Shown piece after piece: positions 10,827 to 21,353 of a DNA stretch of 64,000 bases; positions within the stretch are counted from its first letter, which is position 1, and each line of letters opens with the position of its first letter. Source of the DNA: an uncultured archaeon (lineage in GTDB: Archaea; Thermoproteota; Nitrososphaeria; Nitrososphaerales; Gagatemarchaeaceae); NCBI GenBank assembly GCA_963799775.1, contig CAWCYD010000003.1, positions 1,536,001 through 1,600,000 on the forward strand. The letters are read 5' to 3'. Both the position numbers and the translations under genes were made by a program. A model generated the notes under the pieces. It was not told the DNA's origin and ran no database searches. It saw nothing but the letters and a program-made list of their open reading frames with translations.

Positions 10827-12227
10827 TTAGCCAGTTCCCGAACTGCTACTCCACGACTCGGTAAAGTACCCGAGCGTACTTCCACAACAATCTTCGCTCA
10901 TCGCTGACGTTGACGTGTTTGTTGTCCCACTGTTTTCCATGTAGTTCCCAAGCCCCCAGCCGTTGGAATAGTTCGGATAGGCCCCAAACTGTTTCGTGGC
11001 GCCAGTTCCCATCGCATAATCCACGAAATTGAAACTAGAAAACTTTGGCAGGGCGAAGATGCCATGTGTACCATCAGGAGTCTCAAGAATCGCATCTGCG
11101 AAGTACATCGTTGGAATTACGCTATCCGAGTCACGGTGAAGACATCCTTGACTCAAGGTCTCATCAATCGTGTCTGTTACGTAGTAGGATGCGTTAGTGC
11201 CATTCACCTGCCGTTCCGTCCCCGTTTCGGCGAAGATGAGATTTCCCGCAGCCGCATTAATGGAGCAATCGGTAATCTGTCCACCGTTCGAGTTACCTCC
11301 CTTTATCCATTCACTCCAAAGATAGCTGTTGGTGGCGCATGACCCATGAGTGTCACATGTGTAATTCTGGGTGGTTCCGGTTTGGACCACCTCATTCGTC
11401 GAAGAGATACTGCCGAGATAGCCTTCATAGGTGTTGTTCTGCAAGCCTACCCAAAGGGCCAATTCGCACTCTGTTCGCGCGTTTCCGCCGGTTTGCCAAT
11501 TACACTAATCCTGTCCAGAAGGCGGAGTGCTTAGAGTTGGAAGATACCAATCAGCAGCCACATAATCGACAGCGGTAGTATGGGGAGAGCTAGAGTCATT
11601 CGCAACGTAATATCCAGATTGAGTTGGTGAGCTTGTTGGATTGATAGCCGAGGCCGAAGCGTAGCCGTGCTTCACTACACTATAGACGATCCCTAGATTT
11701 GGATTCTCAGCGACGACGAGAACATACTTCGACGTTCCAGATTGCAGGAGGAAGTTGGCGGCCGCGTCGCGCCAAGATACACTGCAGTTAACTTGATCTA
11801 TGTTGAATTCATTGGCGAAACCAGTGTAAGTGGAATTGTAGCCTGATGCCGCCGCCGAGTACTGAGTCGACCCAGATGCGAACGACTGGATGCTCTGGGG
11901 GCTAGATGGGTTTCCCGCATCGGCCATCTCCGCGCTCAGTTTTTGGTTGGAGCAGGCATTGGTGGAGCCGTCAGGATTGCTGGTCGAGCCCGGGCAATAG
12001 TGCGAAAGACCAAAAGAGCTGACCGATCCCACGGCTGTCATCATCCCGAGAACTAGTATCGAGAGCAATACGGCCGCCGAAGCGGTTCTTTGGCTCCCTA
12101 GGATTTTCGTGCCTTCCACTGACTTCATACTTAACCCAGAAAGGAATAGCAGGTAATTAAGAACAGAAGAATGAAACATCACTGATGATTCATCATGGAA
12201 GGATTCTCCAGACTCGGATTCCATCAC
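10827..12227 (-). CDS. Peptidase G1 (glutamic/A4-family)-like secreted protease interrupted by an in-frame TAG at 11505-11507
   Basis: QSGYY, VAADWYLP, ALWVGL, VVQTGT, LWSEW, ADAILETP, LPKFS follow the G1 pattern; ORFs 11505..12227 and 10827..11462 are in the same frame. Confidence 0.7.
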
Positions 12228-12260
12228 GAAGAAAGCCCTTCCACACAGAGCTTGTCTCGC

Positions 12261-12542
12261 TTAGAAATCTGGCGCATCACGCCGCTTTCTAGCCCTATTC
12301 CCTTTCATTCCCTTGTACGTTTCCAGCCACTTTATCCCTTCGTCAGTAATAAGATACCTTTCGAATTTGTCGCGAATTGTTCTAACGAGTCCCAGGGACT
12401 TCATCTCGTCAAGATGTCGTTTGGTATCTTTTCTCGTAAGCCTGGCCGAGATGACCAGGTCACTCACAGTCAAGGATTCATCCATCAAGGAGTCGAGGAT
12501 CGAACACCAGATGGCGAATCTATCGCGTTTCGGTTTGGCCAA
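12261..12542 (-). CDS. Winged-helix transcriptional regulator (COG3432-like)
   Basis: KRDRFAIWCSIL...HLDEMKSLGLV...YLITDEGIKWLE. Confidence 0.8.
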   Translation of the reverse strand: MAKPKRDRFAIWCSILDSLMDESLTVSDLVISARLTRKDTKRHLDEMKSLGLVRTIRDKFERYLITDEGIKWLETYKGMKGNRARKRRDAPDF

Positions 12543-13363
12543 GGAAGGTTGGGCACTCTAGGTGCCGAATTCACAAGCGCATGCGATTATAGTTTATGGA
12601 ACTATACGGGGAGTATGCTCCTAACTTAAGATTCAGCGCTTGCCGGTCGTTTCCTTGTTGCTGTGTTCTAAATGAATACAGAAAGGGCAAGTCTTCGAGC
12701 CTTAGCACCGATTGAGGTCGACTCCCAATCCCCTTTTGCCCTTCGCTGTAACTTTCCATCAGAAGTCGACGGACAGAAGGTACTGCGGGTTCTTCGACGG
12801 CAAGGCGCGTCATCACACTCCACATTCTGGACGCTGAAGCTCCTCAACTCACCTATCGGTGGTCTCATGTCAGCCTGCTAATTTTCGAGGTCCAGAGACT
12901 TCTTAATACCGAACCACCTGATTCTGCCTTACATATCTGGCAACCCCCTTTTACATCCATCGCTTGGTAAGTCGACCGGTGGGTGTGGATTGAGATCCGT
13001 TGCCTCGGTTCACTCACCATGGTCTGCCGTAATGTTTCCGGTGATGGAAGTGTTCTTCTTGGTTCAGGGAGACGGTCTCTAGGTCACCCAGAGTTTTTCT
13101 CCCGCACGTATTACCAAGCTAAACGCCCAATCGGGCCAGCGTAGAGCATGGACCTCTTCTGATGTCAATAGGGCCCAATTCAATGGAGAAAATCCTTTCC
13201 AACTCTTCGTGGATGCCTAAGTAGACAGGTCATATCATTATCAAGTTTAGGAAAGAACCATGTCGAGAAGCACCGTGGTCCGCCATCGTTCCTCGGAACT
13301 GATTGGACGGGGGGTATGCTTGCAACATGGCCGGTTATAACTGCCGTCCCACTCTTCTCCTAA

Positions 13364-15637
13364 TTGCGAAAGAGAGCCGGCGGAACGGTAACCAACGCCG
13401 TAATCGCAGCAATCCTGATCTATCCCTCCGCTAGTGTCGCCTACTTCTACATAAGCGGCCTAAGTTCGAATCACGAGTCTGGAGGTTTCCCTAACCCTTC
13501 TGTTAGCGTCACAACGGCAACCTCTGGGAACTCTACCTCCTCGACCATACCCGCGGACAACATGTCCCTGGCCGAACTGCAGACTCTCTCCTTCGGTAAC
13601 TCAAGCAAGTGCGACGGACTGCTGGACAGCGGATATTGGAGCACCGCGATCCAGACGTCCGGTAACTCCACCGCTCACCTGGTCCCGAACACGGTCTACA
13701 GCCTGACCCAGTCTTGGAACGGCTGGACGGAATTCTTCAGAGACAATATGACGAATCCGCCCGCGTGGCTCTCGATTGGATTCGGCAACTACACTTCCAC
13801 GCTGCAGGCGGAACTCGCTGCGCAGGTCATGGGCACGCACAACATCACTCTCGCAGCAGCCGTCATGAGGAATTACACGTCCGAAATCGGGGCGTTGGGG
13901 GCTGTCGGGCTCGACTTCTTGACGTGGGGCGGGCTCTCTGGAGTGAGGGTCGGCTACGAGACGGGCAGCTTCAGTCAGGCGGCGGCGCAGACATTCCCGG
14001 GGCAGGTATACCAACTCTTCCAGCTCTCGCAGGACTGCAGCTACTCGGAGCAGCAAAGGGCTCAATACCTCGGCACCGCGCTTTCGATGACCGCCATCGT
14101 CCTCGCCACATCGGGGAAGGACGGCTTCGGTCCGCAGTTCAAGGACCTGCTGACGAAGTTGGGGATAGGCGATGCTTGGCCAGGGATAAAGGGCTCCCTG
14201 AAGACCATCAATGACGCATCTCCGCCGGCGGCCTATGAGACGACGATGACACTCGCGGCGCTCGCGAAGAAGTTTCCCGCTAGTTTCAACGATCTGGCAC
14301 CCTTCACGATAAGTAGGATTGCCATAATGGTCCAGGTGCTAAAGAACAGCGGGCTCACGGCAGACGAAATAGAGCAGCAAGTCGCCCAGCTAACCCAGGC
14401 CGTCCAAGAGTCAGGCGACGGGAATCACGTGGCCGAGGTAGCGGACAAGGTCAGTTATGATCACGAAGGATTTCTGAGAGTCACGATAGGTGATGACCGC
14501 ACACCGGCGCTTACATATCCTCAGGGTGGGCATCGCCTAACCGCTTCGTTCCTCGCGAGCATATTGCCCGGGTTCAGCGTTGGTGAAGTGACGGCCCTCA
14601 AAGTCACAGTGCATAAGGTCTGGTATGAACTTCCCAGCTACCATGTGTATCAGGGAGGTCAGTATGTCGCCTTCGCTTTACCAACAGAACAGGTCCAGCC
14701 CGGCGACGCCGTGGGGCTCTCCTTCGAGCTCTTACCGGTAGAAGATTTCGCCGCCTCAGTTCCGGACATGGTGCTCAGCAATACCGGGCACCTGCAATGG
14801 CTAGCCGATACCGCGGTGCTGAAGAACTTCAAGGTCACGGATGGAATGATAAGTTTCGAGGTTCTTCAAAACAATCAGTGGTCGAGCGTAGGGAGCTACA
14901 CAATCGAGGGTCAGGTTGTGAATTATCCAGGAGTGAGCCAGCAGGGCGGCATCTATGCGGAGTTTGTAATCAAAGACTTCGCAGGAATGACGACGAACCT
15001 AAGGTTACGATACGACGGCTTCAGTTTCGGGGGCGGGCAGCTGCAGGTAGTTCAGGGTACGGAGACCCGCCCGATCTCAATGGTTTCGTACGACGGCCTC
15101 AGATTGAAGCTTCTCTACAGCTCAGGCAATAACGTTGCCACGATCTACCTCGAGCCGCCTTCTGGGTCGATCTACAGTCTTTCTGACATTCACCCCTACG
15201 CTGGCCCGTATCTCGACTTGGTCGAGGGTAAGTACACCAATGCCTGGCAGATTGATCAGGTCGTCATGACAAGGAACCTAGAGCGGGCGATGCTTGACAA
15301 TGGAGGAACGACCGAACAAGGCAGACTCGGCGCCGAAATTGCATACGTCGTGGCAGACGAAGACCTCGGCTTGAAGGGCATAGTCCTTCCGGATCCCGTA
15401 CAAGGTGGCCGGGGCCTATACCCGCAAGACAATTCAGTTGCGATTCAAGCCAGGTTCCTCAAGAGCCTGGGTTGGTACCAGGATGCGACCATACAGAATC
15501 AACTCCTCAAGCTTGCGACGAAATTGCAGCAAGACTACGCAAATCAGCCGAGCATGCGAGATGGTTATGCAATTCTGTCCTATGTTGACATGGATGGTAT
15601 GGTGAAGACCATCATTCTTGAGGTGCCAAGATGGTAA
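13364..15637 (+). CDS. Large membrane-anchored hypothetical protein with possible C-terminal restriction-endonuclease-like domain
   Basis: Intact 757 aa ORF; N-terminal basic+hydrophobic signal, Ser/Thr linker, C-terminal GRLGAEIA...GGRGLY...VAIQAR. Confidence 0.7.
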   Translation: MRKRAGGTVTNAVIAAILIYPSASVAYFYISGLSSNHESGGFPNPSVSVTTATSGNSTSSTIPADNMSLAELQTLSFGNSSKCDGLLDSGYWSTAIQTSGNSTAHLVPNTVYSLTQSWNGWTEFFRDNMTNPPAWLSIGFGNYTSTLQAELAAQVMGTHNITLAAAVMRNYTSEIGALGAVGLDFLTWGGLSGVRVGYETGSFSQAAAQTFPGQVYQLFQLSQDCSYSEQQRAQYLGTALSMTAIVLATSGKDGFGPQFKDLLTKLGIGDAWPGIKGSLKTINDASPPAAYETTMTLAALAKKFPASFNDLAPFTISRIAIMVQVLKNSGLTADEIEQQVAQLTQAVQESGDGNHVAEVADKVSYDHEGFLRVTIGDDRTPALTYPQGGHRLTASFLASILPGFSVGEVTALKVTVHKVWYELPSYHVYQGGQYVAFALPTEQVQPGDAVGLSFELLPVEDFAASVPDMVLSNTGHLQWLADTAVLKNFKVTDGMISFEVLQNNQWSSVGSYTIEGQVVNYPGVSQQGGIYAEFVIKDFAGMTTNLRLRYDGFSFGGGQLQVVQGTETRPISMVSYDGLRLKLLYSSGNNVATIYLEPPSGSIYSLSDIHPYAGPYLDLVEGKYTNAWQIDQVVMTRNLERAMLDNGGTTEQGRLGAEIAYVVADEDLGLKGIVLPDPVQGGRGLYPQDNSVAIQARFLKSLGWYQDATIQNQLLKLATKLQQDYANQPSMRDGYAILSYVDMDGMVKTIILEVPRW

Positions 15638-15832
15638 GCCATGCCTTCTGAGCAAGGAGCAAAAGTGGCGGCTCCAACCTATCGCGCAGCTGGGTAAACC
15701 ACCCGATCATCAAAGCATTATTCATGCCTTCACGGATGGCCGTAATCCGCGCATTCCGGCGAAGCCGCCAGACCTGTTCGCCTCAGGCTTGTATATCAGT
15801 CATTGCGAGACAAGATTGGTCGCTCTGTCCCA

Positions 15833-16201
15833 CTAGCCGGTGATTCCTGAGCCTGTCCCGCCTCCGGTGATTCCGGCTGACACCTTCCGTCGCCAGAAAA
15901 GCCCCAGAATCAGGCCCACGACCATGATAGCAAGTCCAAATAGGTTAAGGTCATAGTTCCAATGAAAGATTACAGGTTCCATGTAGACGCCGGATTGGAA
16001 CGGGGACACGAAATACTGAATCGACGAGCAGGAGTCAATGGCCGGCGGGCCGTTGCACGACCCATCAACGCAAGCTTCGCAGGTTTGCCGCGAAGCACCA
16101 AATAAGAGAAGCAGGAAACCTACTACAAAGAGGACGACTCCAAATACGAGCCCCGCCTTGGTCATTCCTTCGTCAGCGCTGACCTCAACAGACTTCCCCA
16201 A
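15833..16201 (-). CDS. Small two-TM hypothetical protein with Cys-rich loop
   Basis: Two hydrophobic helices flanking CEACVDGSC...C; likely start MTKAG. Confidence 0.6.
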   Translation of the reverse strand: MGKSVEVSADEGMTKAGLVFGVVLFVVGFLLLLFGASRQTCEACVDGSCNGPPAIDSCSSIQYFVSPFQSGVYMEPVIFHWNYDLNLFGLAIMVVGLILGLFWRRKVSAGITGGGTGSGITG

Positions 16202-16295
16202 GTCTCTTTCTCTTGGCTGACGCGAGCCGCTTGGGCGGGAGTCTGACCATCCATGGCCATGTGCGGCTTCACGAAGTTATACTGAAACCTGTGGA
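16162..16295 (-). pseudogene. C-terminal remnant of an archaeal DDE integrase/transposase
   Basis: YNFVKPHMAMDGQTPAQAA...WGSLL resembles the conserved YN..RPH..L.G.TPAE tail; no N-terminal part present. Confidence 0.65.
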
Positions 16296-17921
16296 CTAGC
16301 TCTTCGTCGGCAGGGAGAGCTCGAAGCCGCAGACGGGGACATCCAGCCCGAAGGCAGCCAGCGCGCTCGGCTTGACCTCGCCCAGGTGCCCCAGCGAAAC
16401 GCCCTTGACCACAGCCTCCGCGCATCTCCCGTCGGCGAAGGCCCAGTGGGACGCGGGGCGGGTCTCCGCGTCCTCCCCAAAGTGCCTCCTGACGAGGGCC
16501 TGGAGGTGCATCTTCGCCTCGGTGAAGGAGGACGAGGAATGGGCGGAGAGGGCCGCGAGCTTCGTGGACTCGACGACGATCGAGCCGCTCCTGGTGAAGA
16601 CCTTGCCCGCCTCGTAGACTCGTTGGGGATACTCGTTCTTCGTGTTGCGGCTCAGCACCCCCATCAGTGAGGGGAGGAGGGAGTCGCGCAGGAGGCTGTG
16701 CTCCGCGGTCCTCGGGTTGTCGACCTCCAGCCTGGAGTCTGAGGCCCGCCCGAAGCTGCGGTAGAGCATCGCCTCGTCCGTGAGGTCGAAGTTCATCGTC
16801 TCGTCGAAGCCCGCCTCCGCCATGGTGAGGCAGAGGTCTTCCACAAAGGTCATGCGTGGGTCGAACCCGCCGGCGTCGGTGCTCGGCGAATAAGAGGCGG
16901 CCATCTTGTCTAGGCCGTAGCCTATCACGAGCTCCTCCGCCAGGTCGACGGGGTGGAGGATGTCGACCCTGTAGCTCGGGATGACCGCGAAGCCCTTCCC
17001 GTCGAGGTCGAGGCGGCTCCTGCGGAGGGCATCCTTCATCTGCGCCTTTGTGAGAGTCAGGCCCGTGAGTCTCTGGGCGAGGTCGCCGTCGAACTGCATC
17101 TTCGAGGGCGAGAGGTCGGGCGTGACGACCTGCTTGGACTTGTAGTCGATGTTGACCGTCTCGATTGTGGCGCCGGCGTCCGCGAGGGCGCAGCAGACGA
17201 TGGCGAGCGCCTCGTTCCCGAGCCGCGCGTCGGTCGACGTGATGTCGACGAAGAGGTCCCTTGTGGTGGTCTCAACCTTGGTCTGGTCGCCGTTGATTAT
17301 CGGCGGGAACGAGAGGACCATCCCGTTCGAGTCGTAGAGCATAGGGTACGCCTTGGTCCCCGCGAGGATGGGCCCGTACGCGATCCCCGTCTCGGTGTTC
17401 TTGAGGATGTCAGCGACGGTCATCTCCTGCTCGGAGCCCAACGGCTTGAACGCAAAGCCCTCACCCTTGGCGCTGTAGTAGACGGGGAAGGCAATCGGCT
17501 TTAGGTTGTGGAGGCCTATGGCGACCTTCCTCCTCTTCCTCCCCAGCCCGTTGTGGAGGTCATCCTGCATGGAGATGAGCTGCCTGATCGTCTCCTCGTC
17601 GAGCCTGACCTTCCGGGCGACCGCGCAGGCGATGAAGGGCCGGACCTTGGCTAGGCTCTTGTCGGCGATGACCTTGTTCTTCCCGCGCGCGGCGCGATAT
17701 GGCTCGACCCCCGTCTCCTTCCCCACAAGGCCCCTGAGCGCCCTCGCGATGCCGTAGTCGGTGGAGAAGTCGGGCCTGTTCGGGTTGTACTCGATTCGGA
17801 CGGACTCCTCGTCGGTGCCCTCGATGTCCAGGCCCAGGTACGGGAGCCTGTCCAAGAACTTCTCCTTGGAGAGGCCCGAGAGCCTCTCGAAGCGGCTAAA
17901 GTAGATCTTGAGTACTGGCAA
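16296..17921 (-). CDS. pheT: Phenylalanine-tRNA ligase beta subunit
   Basis: EYNPNRPD, RPFIACA, LSFPPIING, YRVDILHPVDLAEE. Confidence 0.96.
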   Translation of the reverse strand: MPVLKIYFSRFERLSGLSKEKFLDRLPYLGLDIEGTDEESVRIEYNPNRPDFSTDYGIARALRGLVGKETGVEPYRAARGKNKVIADKSLAKVRPFIACAVARKVRLDEETIRQLISMQDDLHNGLGRKRRKVAIGLHNLKPIAFPVYYSAKGEGFAFKPLGSEQEMTVADILKNTETGIAYGPILAGTKAYPMLYDSNGMVLSFPPIINGDQTKVETTTRDLFVDITSTDARLGNEALAIVCCALADAGATIETVNIDYKSKQVVTPDLSPSKMQFDGDLAQRLTGLTLTKAQMKDALRRSRLDLDGKGFAVIPSYRVDILHPVDLAEELVIGYGLDKMAASYSPSTDAGGFDPRMTFVEDLCLTMAEAGFDETMNFDLTDEAMLYRSFGRASDSRLEVDNPRTAEHSLLRDSLLPSLMGVLSRNTKNEYPQRVYEAGKVFTRSGSIVVESTKLAALSAHSSSSFTEAKMHLQALVRRHFGEDAETRPASHWAFADGRCAEAVVKGVSLGHLGEVKPSALAAFGLDVPVCGFELSLPTKS

Positions 17922-19398
17922 TCTCTCTCCTCTCCCTGAGCCATCCCAGGTCGTTGTTGTAGAGGTCCCGGATGTCCTCCATCCCTAGCCTCAGCATCAG
18001 CAGCCGCTCGAGGCCGCAGCCCCAAGCTATCACCGGCTTCTTCACTCCCAGGGGCCACGTGACCTCGGGCCTGAATATCCCCGAGCCGCCCATCTCGAGC
18101 CACTTGCCGACCTTGTCGTAGTAGACCATCACCTGCATCGAGGGCTCGGTGTAGGGGAAGTAGGAGGGCCAGAGCTTGACGCCGCTCATCCCAAGCTTCC
18201 CGTAGAACTTCGTGAGCACGCCCATGAGGTTCCTCAGGTTCATCCCGTCCCCGACCACGATGCCCTCCATCTGGTGGAGCTCGGCGAGGTGCTTGTAGTC
18301 GAGGCTCTCGTTGCGGTAGACCTTCGCCACGCTGAAGACCCTGGTCTCGGCCCCCGCGGACTCTTTTGTGGCCTGAATCGTGACTGCTGTGTTGTGCGTC
18401 CTGAGGACAAGGCGGCGCGCCTCCTCGACGTCCCACTTGTAGCGCCACCCCTTGCTCCCGGTCTGCCAGCCCCCCTCGTGTGCGGCCGCCACGTTGGAGA
18501 CGACCCCGGACCTTGTGAGCTTCTCGTCGCGCATGCCCTTCACGTAGAAGGTGTCCTGCAGCTCGCGCGCGGGGTGGTCCTGGGGAGTGAAGAGCGCGTC
18601 GAAGTTCCAGAAGGCGGACTGGACGGACTCGCCGCTTATCTCCTTGAATCCCATCGAGAGGTAGACCTCTCTCACCTCCGCGATGAGCTCCTTCACCGGG
18701 TGCCTCCTTCCGGGGTGGAAGCGCGGGGCGCTCGCGCTCACGTCGATTGGCCTGAGCTTGACGTCAAGGCCCATGGCCCTTATCGAGGAGAGGATCTCCG
18801 GGGTGAGCTTGTCGAACCCCTGGTCCTCGGTGCTCTTGAGGGCCTCTTGGCCGTCGGGTGTTATCGCGATGTTGACGACCTTCGACTCCTTCCTCGTGAC
18901 GAGGCCGCGCTTGACCAAGTCGGAGACAAGGTCCTTATGGTCGGCGGAAACTGCTCCCTCGTCGACGCCCTTCTTCAGCTTGGCGATGAGGTTCAGTGCA
19001 GGGCCTTGCCCGCCTCCTTGTCCTTGAGCTTGACGAACTGGCCCATCATCCCCTCGCCCACCTCGACCCATCCTGCGGAGATGGCTCGCCCCATCGCGGC
19101 GGAGAACCCGCGGTCCTCGCCCACCGCGTTGCGCAGGTATGCGAGGGAGGCCTCCCCTCCCATCTCCTGGAGCTTCTCGATAAACACGAGCTCCGGGGGC
19201 TGCCCTGTGGCGGTGAGCTCTGCGCTCGTAACCTCTGTGACCGTGATGAGACCCTTGGACGAGAGCCACGACATCGACCGCCTGACCTGGTCAGGGAGGA
19301 GCGAGGAGGAGGCGACGAGCTCGTCGAACGACCTTGGTGCGCCTGCGAGGGACGTGAGGAGCCTTGCGCTCGATGGGGTGGAGCGGCGTCTTCTCCAT
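17896..19398 (-). CDS. pheS: Phenylalanine-tRNA ligase alpha subunit, frameshifts in N-terminal part
   Basis: FWNFDALFTPQDHPARELQDTFY, LRTHNT, YFPYTEPS, WGCGLERL. Confidence 0.95.
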
Positions 19399-19403
19399 GT
19401 CGG

Positions 19404-20534
19404 TCAACTCGCGAGCTCGAGGAGCCGCTTCCTGCTAGTCTTCAGGAGCTCCTCGGCGTCCTTCATCAAGGCGTCGCGCTTGCGTCTGTGGTCCTCTAGA
19501 TAACGCTTGACGAGGTTGGCGAGCTCCTTCTTGCAGTCGCCGCACATCCTGATCCCTCCGACGCACTCATCGTAGACGCGCTTCGCGTAGTCGTCCTCGA
19601 TCGCAAAGTGGAACAGGTAGTGGTCGTAGACGGGGCACTTGTCGGCCTCCCCTCCGAGCTTCCTCTGCTCCTCCACGCTGGCGCGCCCGCCCGTGAACGC
19701 GGACATCACCTTCTTCGCCGCCGAGGAAGGGGCCTCGCTCAGGTTAATCGTGGACTCGGGGTTGCGCTTCGACATCTTCGATGAGCCGTCCAGGCTCTTC
19801 ATCAGCTTGTGATATATCGAAGATGGAGGGACGAAACCGAATTCCTTTCGATATGCGAAAGCGATGTCCCTCGTCAGCCTGATGTGGGGGTCCTGGTCCG
19901 CGCCCACCGGTACTAGGACTGGCTTGGGGCCTCCGAACTCCGGCAGCTGGGGCATGAGTATGTCGCCAATCTGGATGAGGGCGGAGAGGTAGAGGCCGAT
20001 CTGCCTCTCGCCGTAGACCGCCTTCAGCATGTTGTTCGTGACGCTCGCCGAGAAAATCGACGAGAGCCTCATCACCCTCACCTCCTCGCTCTGCTTGTAG
20101 ACTATCGCCTTCGCCGGGTCAAGGCCCAGAGCTAGGATGTCAGCGACGTTCTGGATGGCGATCTTCGAGCTCTCCGCGAAGGTGAGCCCGTTGTCGTTGT
20201 AGGCCTCCACGTCGGCTATGCAGTAGAAGACAGTCACCCTCTTCGAGAGGGACTGCCAGTAGATCATGTCGTCGGCGGTCATCTTCGTCCCGAGGTGGAA
20301 GACGCCGCTGGGCTTGATTCCGCTCATCACCGCGTAGGCCTTGTCGTTGTCTATCGCGTCGAGTATCCTGCCAAGGCGCTTCTGCCCAAAGTCGATGCCC
20401 CTGCGGATGTGGAGGCTCGGCTTCTTGAGCCGGGGAAGGACCGCGTCGATGCGCTCGATGCCGAACGCGGAGTGGAGGCGCTCGTAGTCCGCGACCGACG
20501 TCTCTCCCCACGGGTCGAGCTTGTCTTTCTCCAC
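19404..20534 (-). CDS. trpS: Tryptophan-tRNA ligase
   Basis: DPWG, SGIKPSGVFHLG, VGADQDPH, KMSK; GTG start about 26 nt downstream of a TTTATAA TATA box. Confidence 0.95.
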   Translation of the reverse strand: MEKDKLDPWGETSVADYERLHSAFGIERIDAVLPRLKKPSLHIRRGIDFGQKRLGRILDAIDNDKAYAVMSGIKPSGVFHLGTKMTADDMIYWQSLSKRVTVFYCIADVEAYNDNGLTFAESSKIAIQNVADILALGLDPAKAIVYKQSEEVRVMRLSSIFSASVTNNMLKAVYGERQIGLYLSALIQIGDILMPQLPEFGGPKPVLVPVGADQDPHIRLTRDIAFAYRKEFGFVPPSSIYHKLMKSLDGSSKMSKRNPESTINLSEAPSSAAKKVMSAFTGGRASVEEQRKLGGEADKCPVYDHYLFHFAIEDDYAKRVYDECVGGIRMCGDCKKELANLVKRYLEDHRRKRDALMKDAEELLKTSRKRLLELAS

Positions 20535-20600
20535 ACTGGACGAGACCGGCCTGGTCGGATTATAAATTCCTCCCTCGGGTCGAGCGACTCTGGGCCCCAC

Positions 20601-20849
20601 TCACCGAGGGAGGCCCACAAGGATCAGCAGGGCCGTCAGGGCGAGCGTCGCCAGGCAGTAGACCCAGGGCCTGACCCCGCCGAAGAAGCGGGCGCACAGG
20701 CCTACCATGACGAAGACGCCGACGGCGTAGTAGACCATGAACCCTCCGCGGAGATAGGCCTCGGTCAGGAAGATCGACGCCAGAAGGCCCCCTCCGAGCC
20801 CCAGGGAGACCTTGATGACGTAAATGGAGAGCTCCTCGCGGCCTATCAT
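20601..20849 (-). CDS. Small three-TM membrane protein
   Basis: Hydrophobic 82 aa ORF overlapping coaD stop (ATGA coupling). Confidence 0.6.
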   Translation of the reverse strand: MIGREELSIYVIKVSLGLGGGLLASIFLTEAYLRGGFMVYYAVGVFVMVGLCARFFGGVRPWVYCLATLALTALLILVGLPR

Positions 20850-21346
20850 CGCGCTCCCCCGCCCCGCCCCGGGGAACGGACCGCCTTCCCCTGCTCGTCT
20901 ATCTCGCCCTTCCTTATCCTGGTGGAGGAGATTGGCCTCCCGTCCTCGGAGACCACCCAGTCGATGACGACGAGGTCGAGCGGCGGGAAACCGCGCTTCG
21001 CGCGCATCTCGTTTGCCAAGGAGACCCTCTTGCCTGTCTCTGGGCTCGCCACCAGGGCTTGCACCCCGCTGGTCGCGATTCCTGGCCCGAAGAGATCGTC
21101 GAGCTTCGCGATAACGTAACGCCTTCCCGGGAAGGCCTCCCTGATGTAGGCCTCGAGCGCTTCCTTCCTCTCCTTGTAAGAGCGGGCGGGGGTCTTCCCT
21201 TCCCTCTTCGCGAACTCGTCCGAGGTCAGGCCGATGACGACCTCGCCGCCGACCTCGAAGCTCCTCTCGAGGAGCCGCTTGTGCCCGGCGTGAAGGCCGT
21301 CGAAGGCCCCGCCCGTGGCCACCATCGAGTACTTGGTGCCAGACAT
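20846..21346 (-). CDS. coaD: Phosphopantetheine adenylyltransferase
   Basis: ATGGAFDGLHAGH, IGLTSDEF, VASPET, PISSTRIRKGEID. Confidence 0.92.
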   Translation of the reverse strand: MSGTKYSMVATGGAFDGLHAGHKRLLERSFEVGGEVVIGLTSDEFAKREGKTPARSYKERKEALEAYIREAFPGRRYVIAKLDDLFGPGIATSGVQALVASPETGKRVSLANEMRAKRGFPPLDLVVIDWVVSEDGRPISSTRIRKGEIDEQGKAVRSPGRGGGAR

Positions 21347-21353
21347 CGCGCCT

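Larger units (their letters stand above)
9960..16295. other. Lower-GC accessory island between the TOPRIM gene and pheT
   Basis: Visible shift to more AT-rich sequence, secreted/hypothetical ORFs, long non-coding gaps, transposase remnant at the right boundary. Confidence 0.7.

Noticed and set aside
12571-13360. Short ORFs in the island gap
   Set aside because: No recognisable motifs; probably decayed or non-coding sequence
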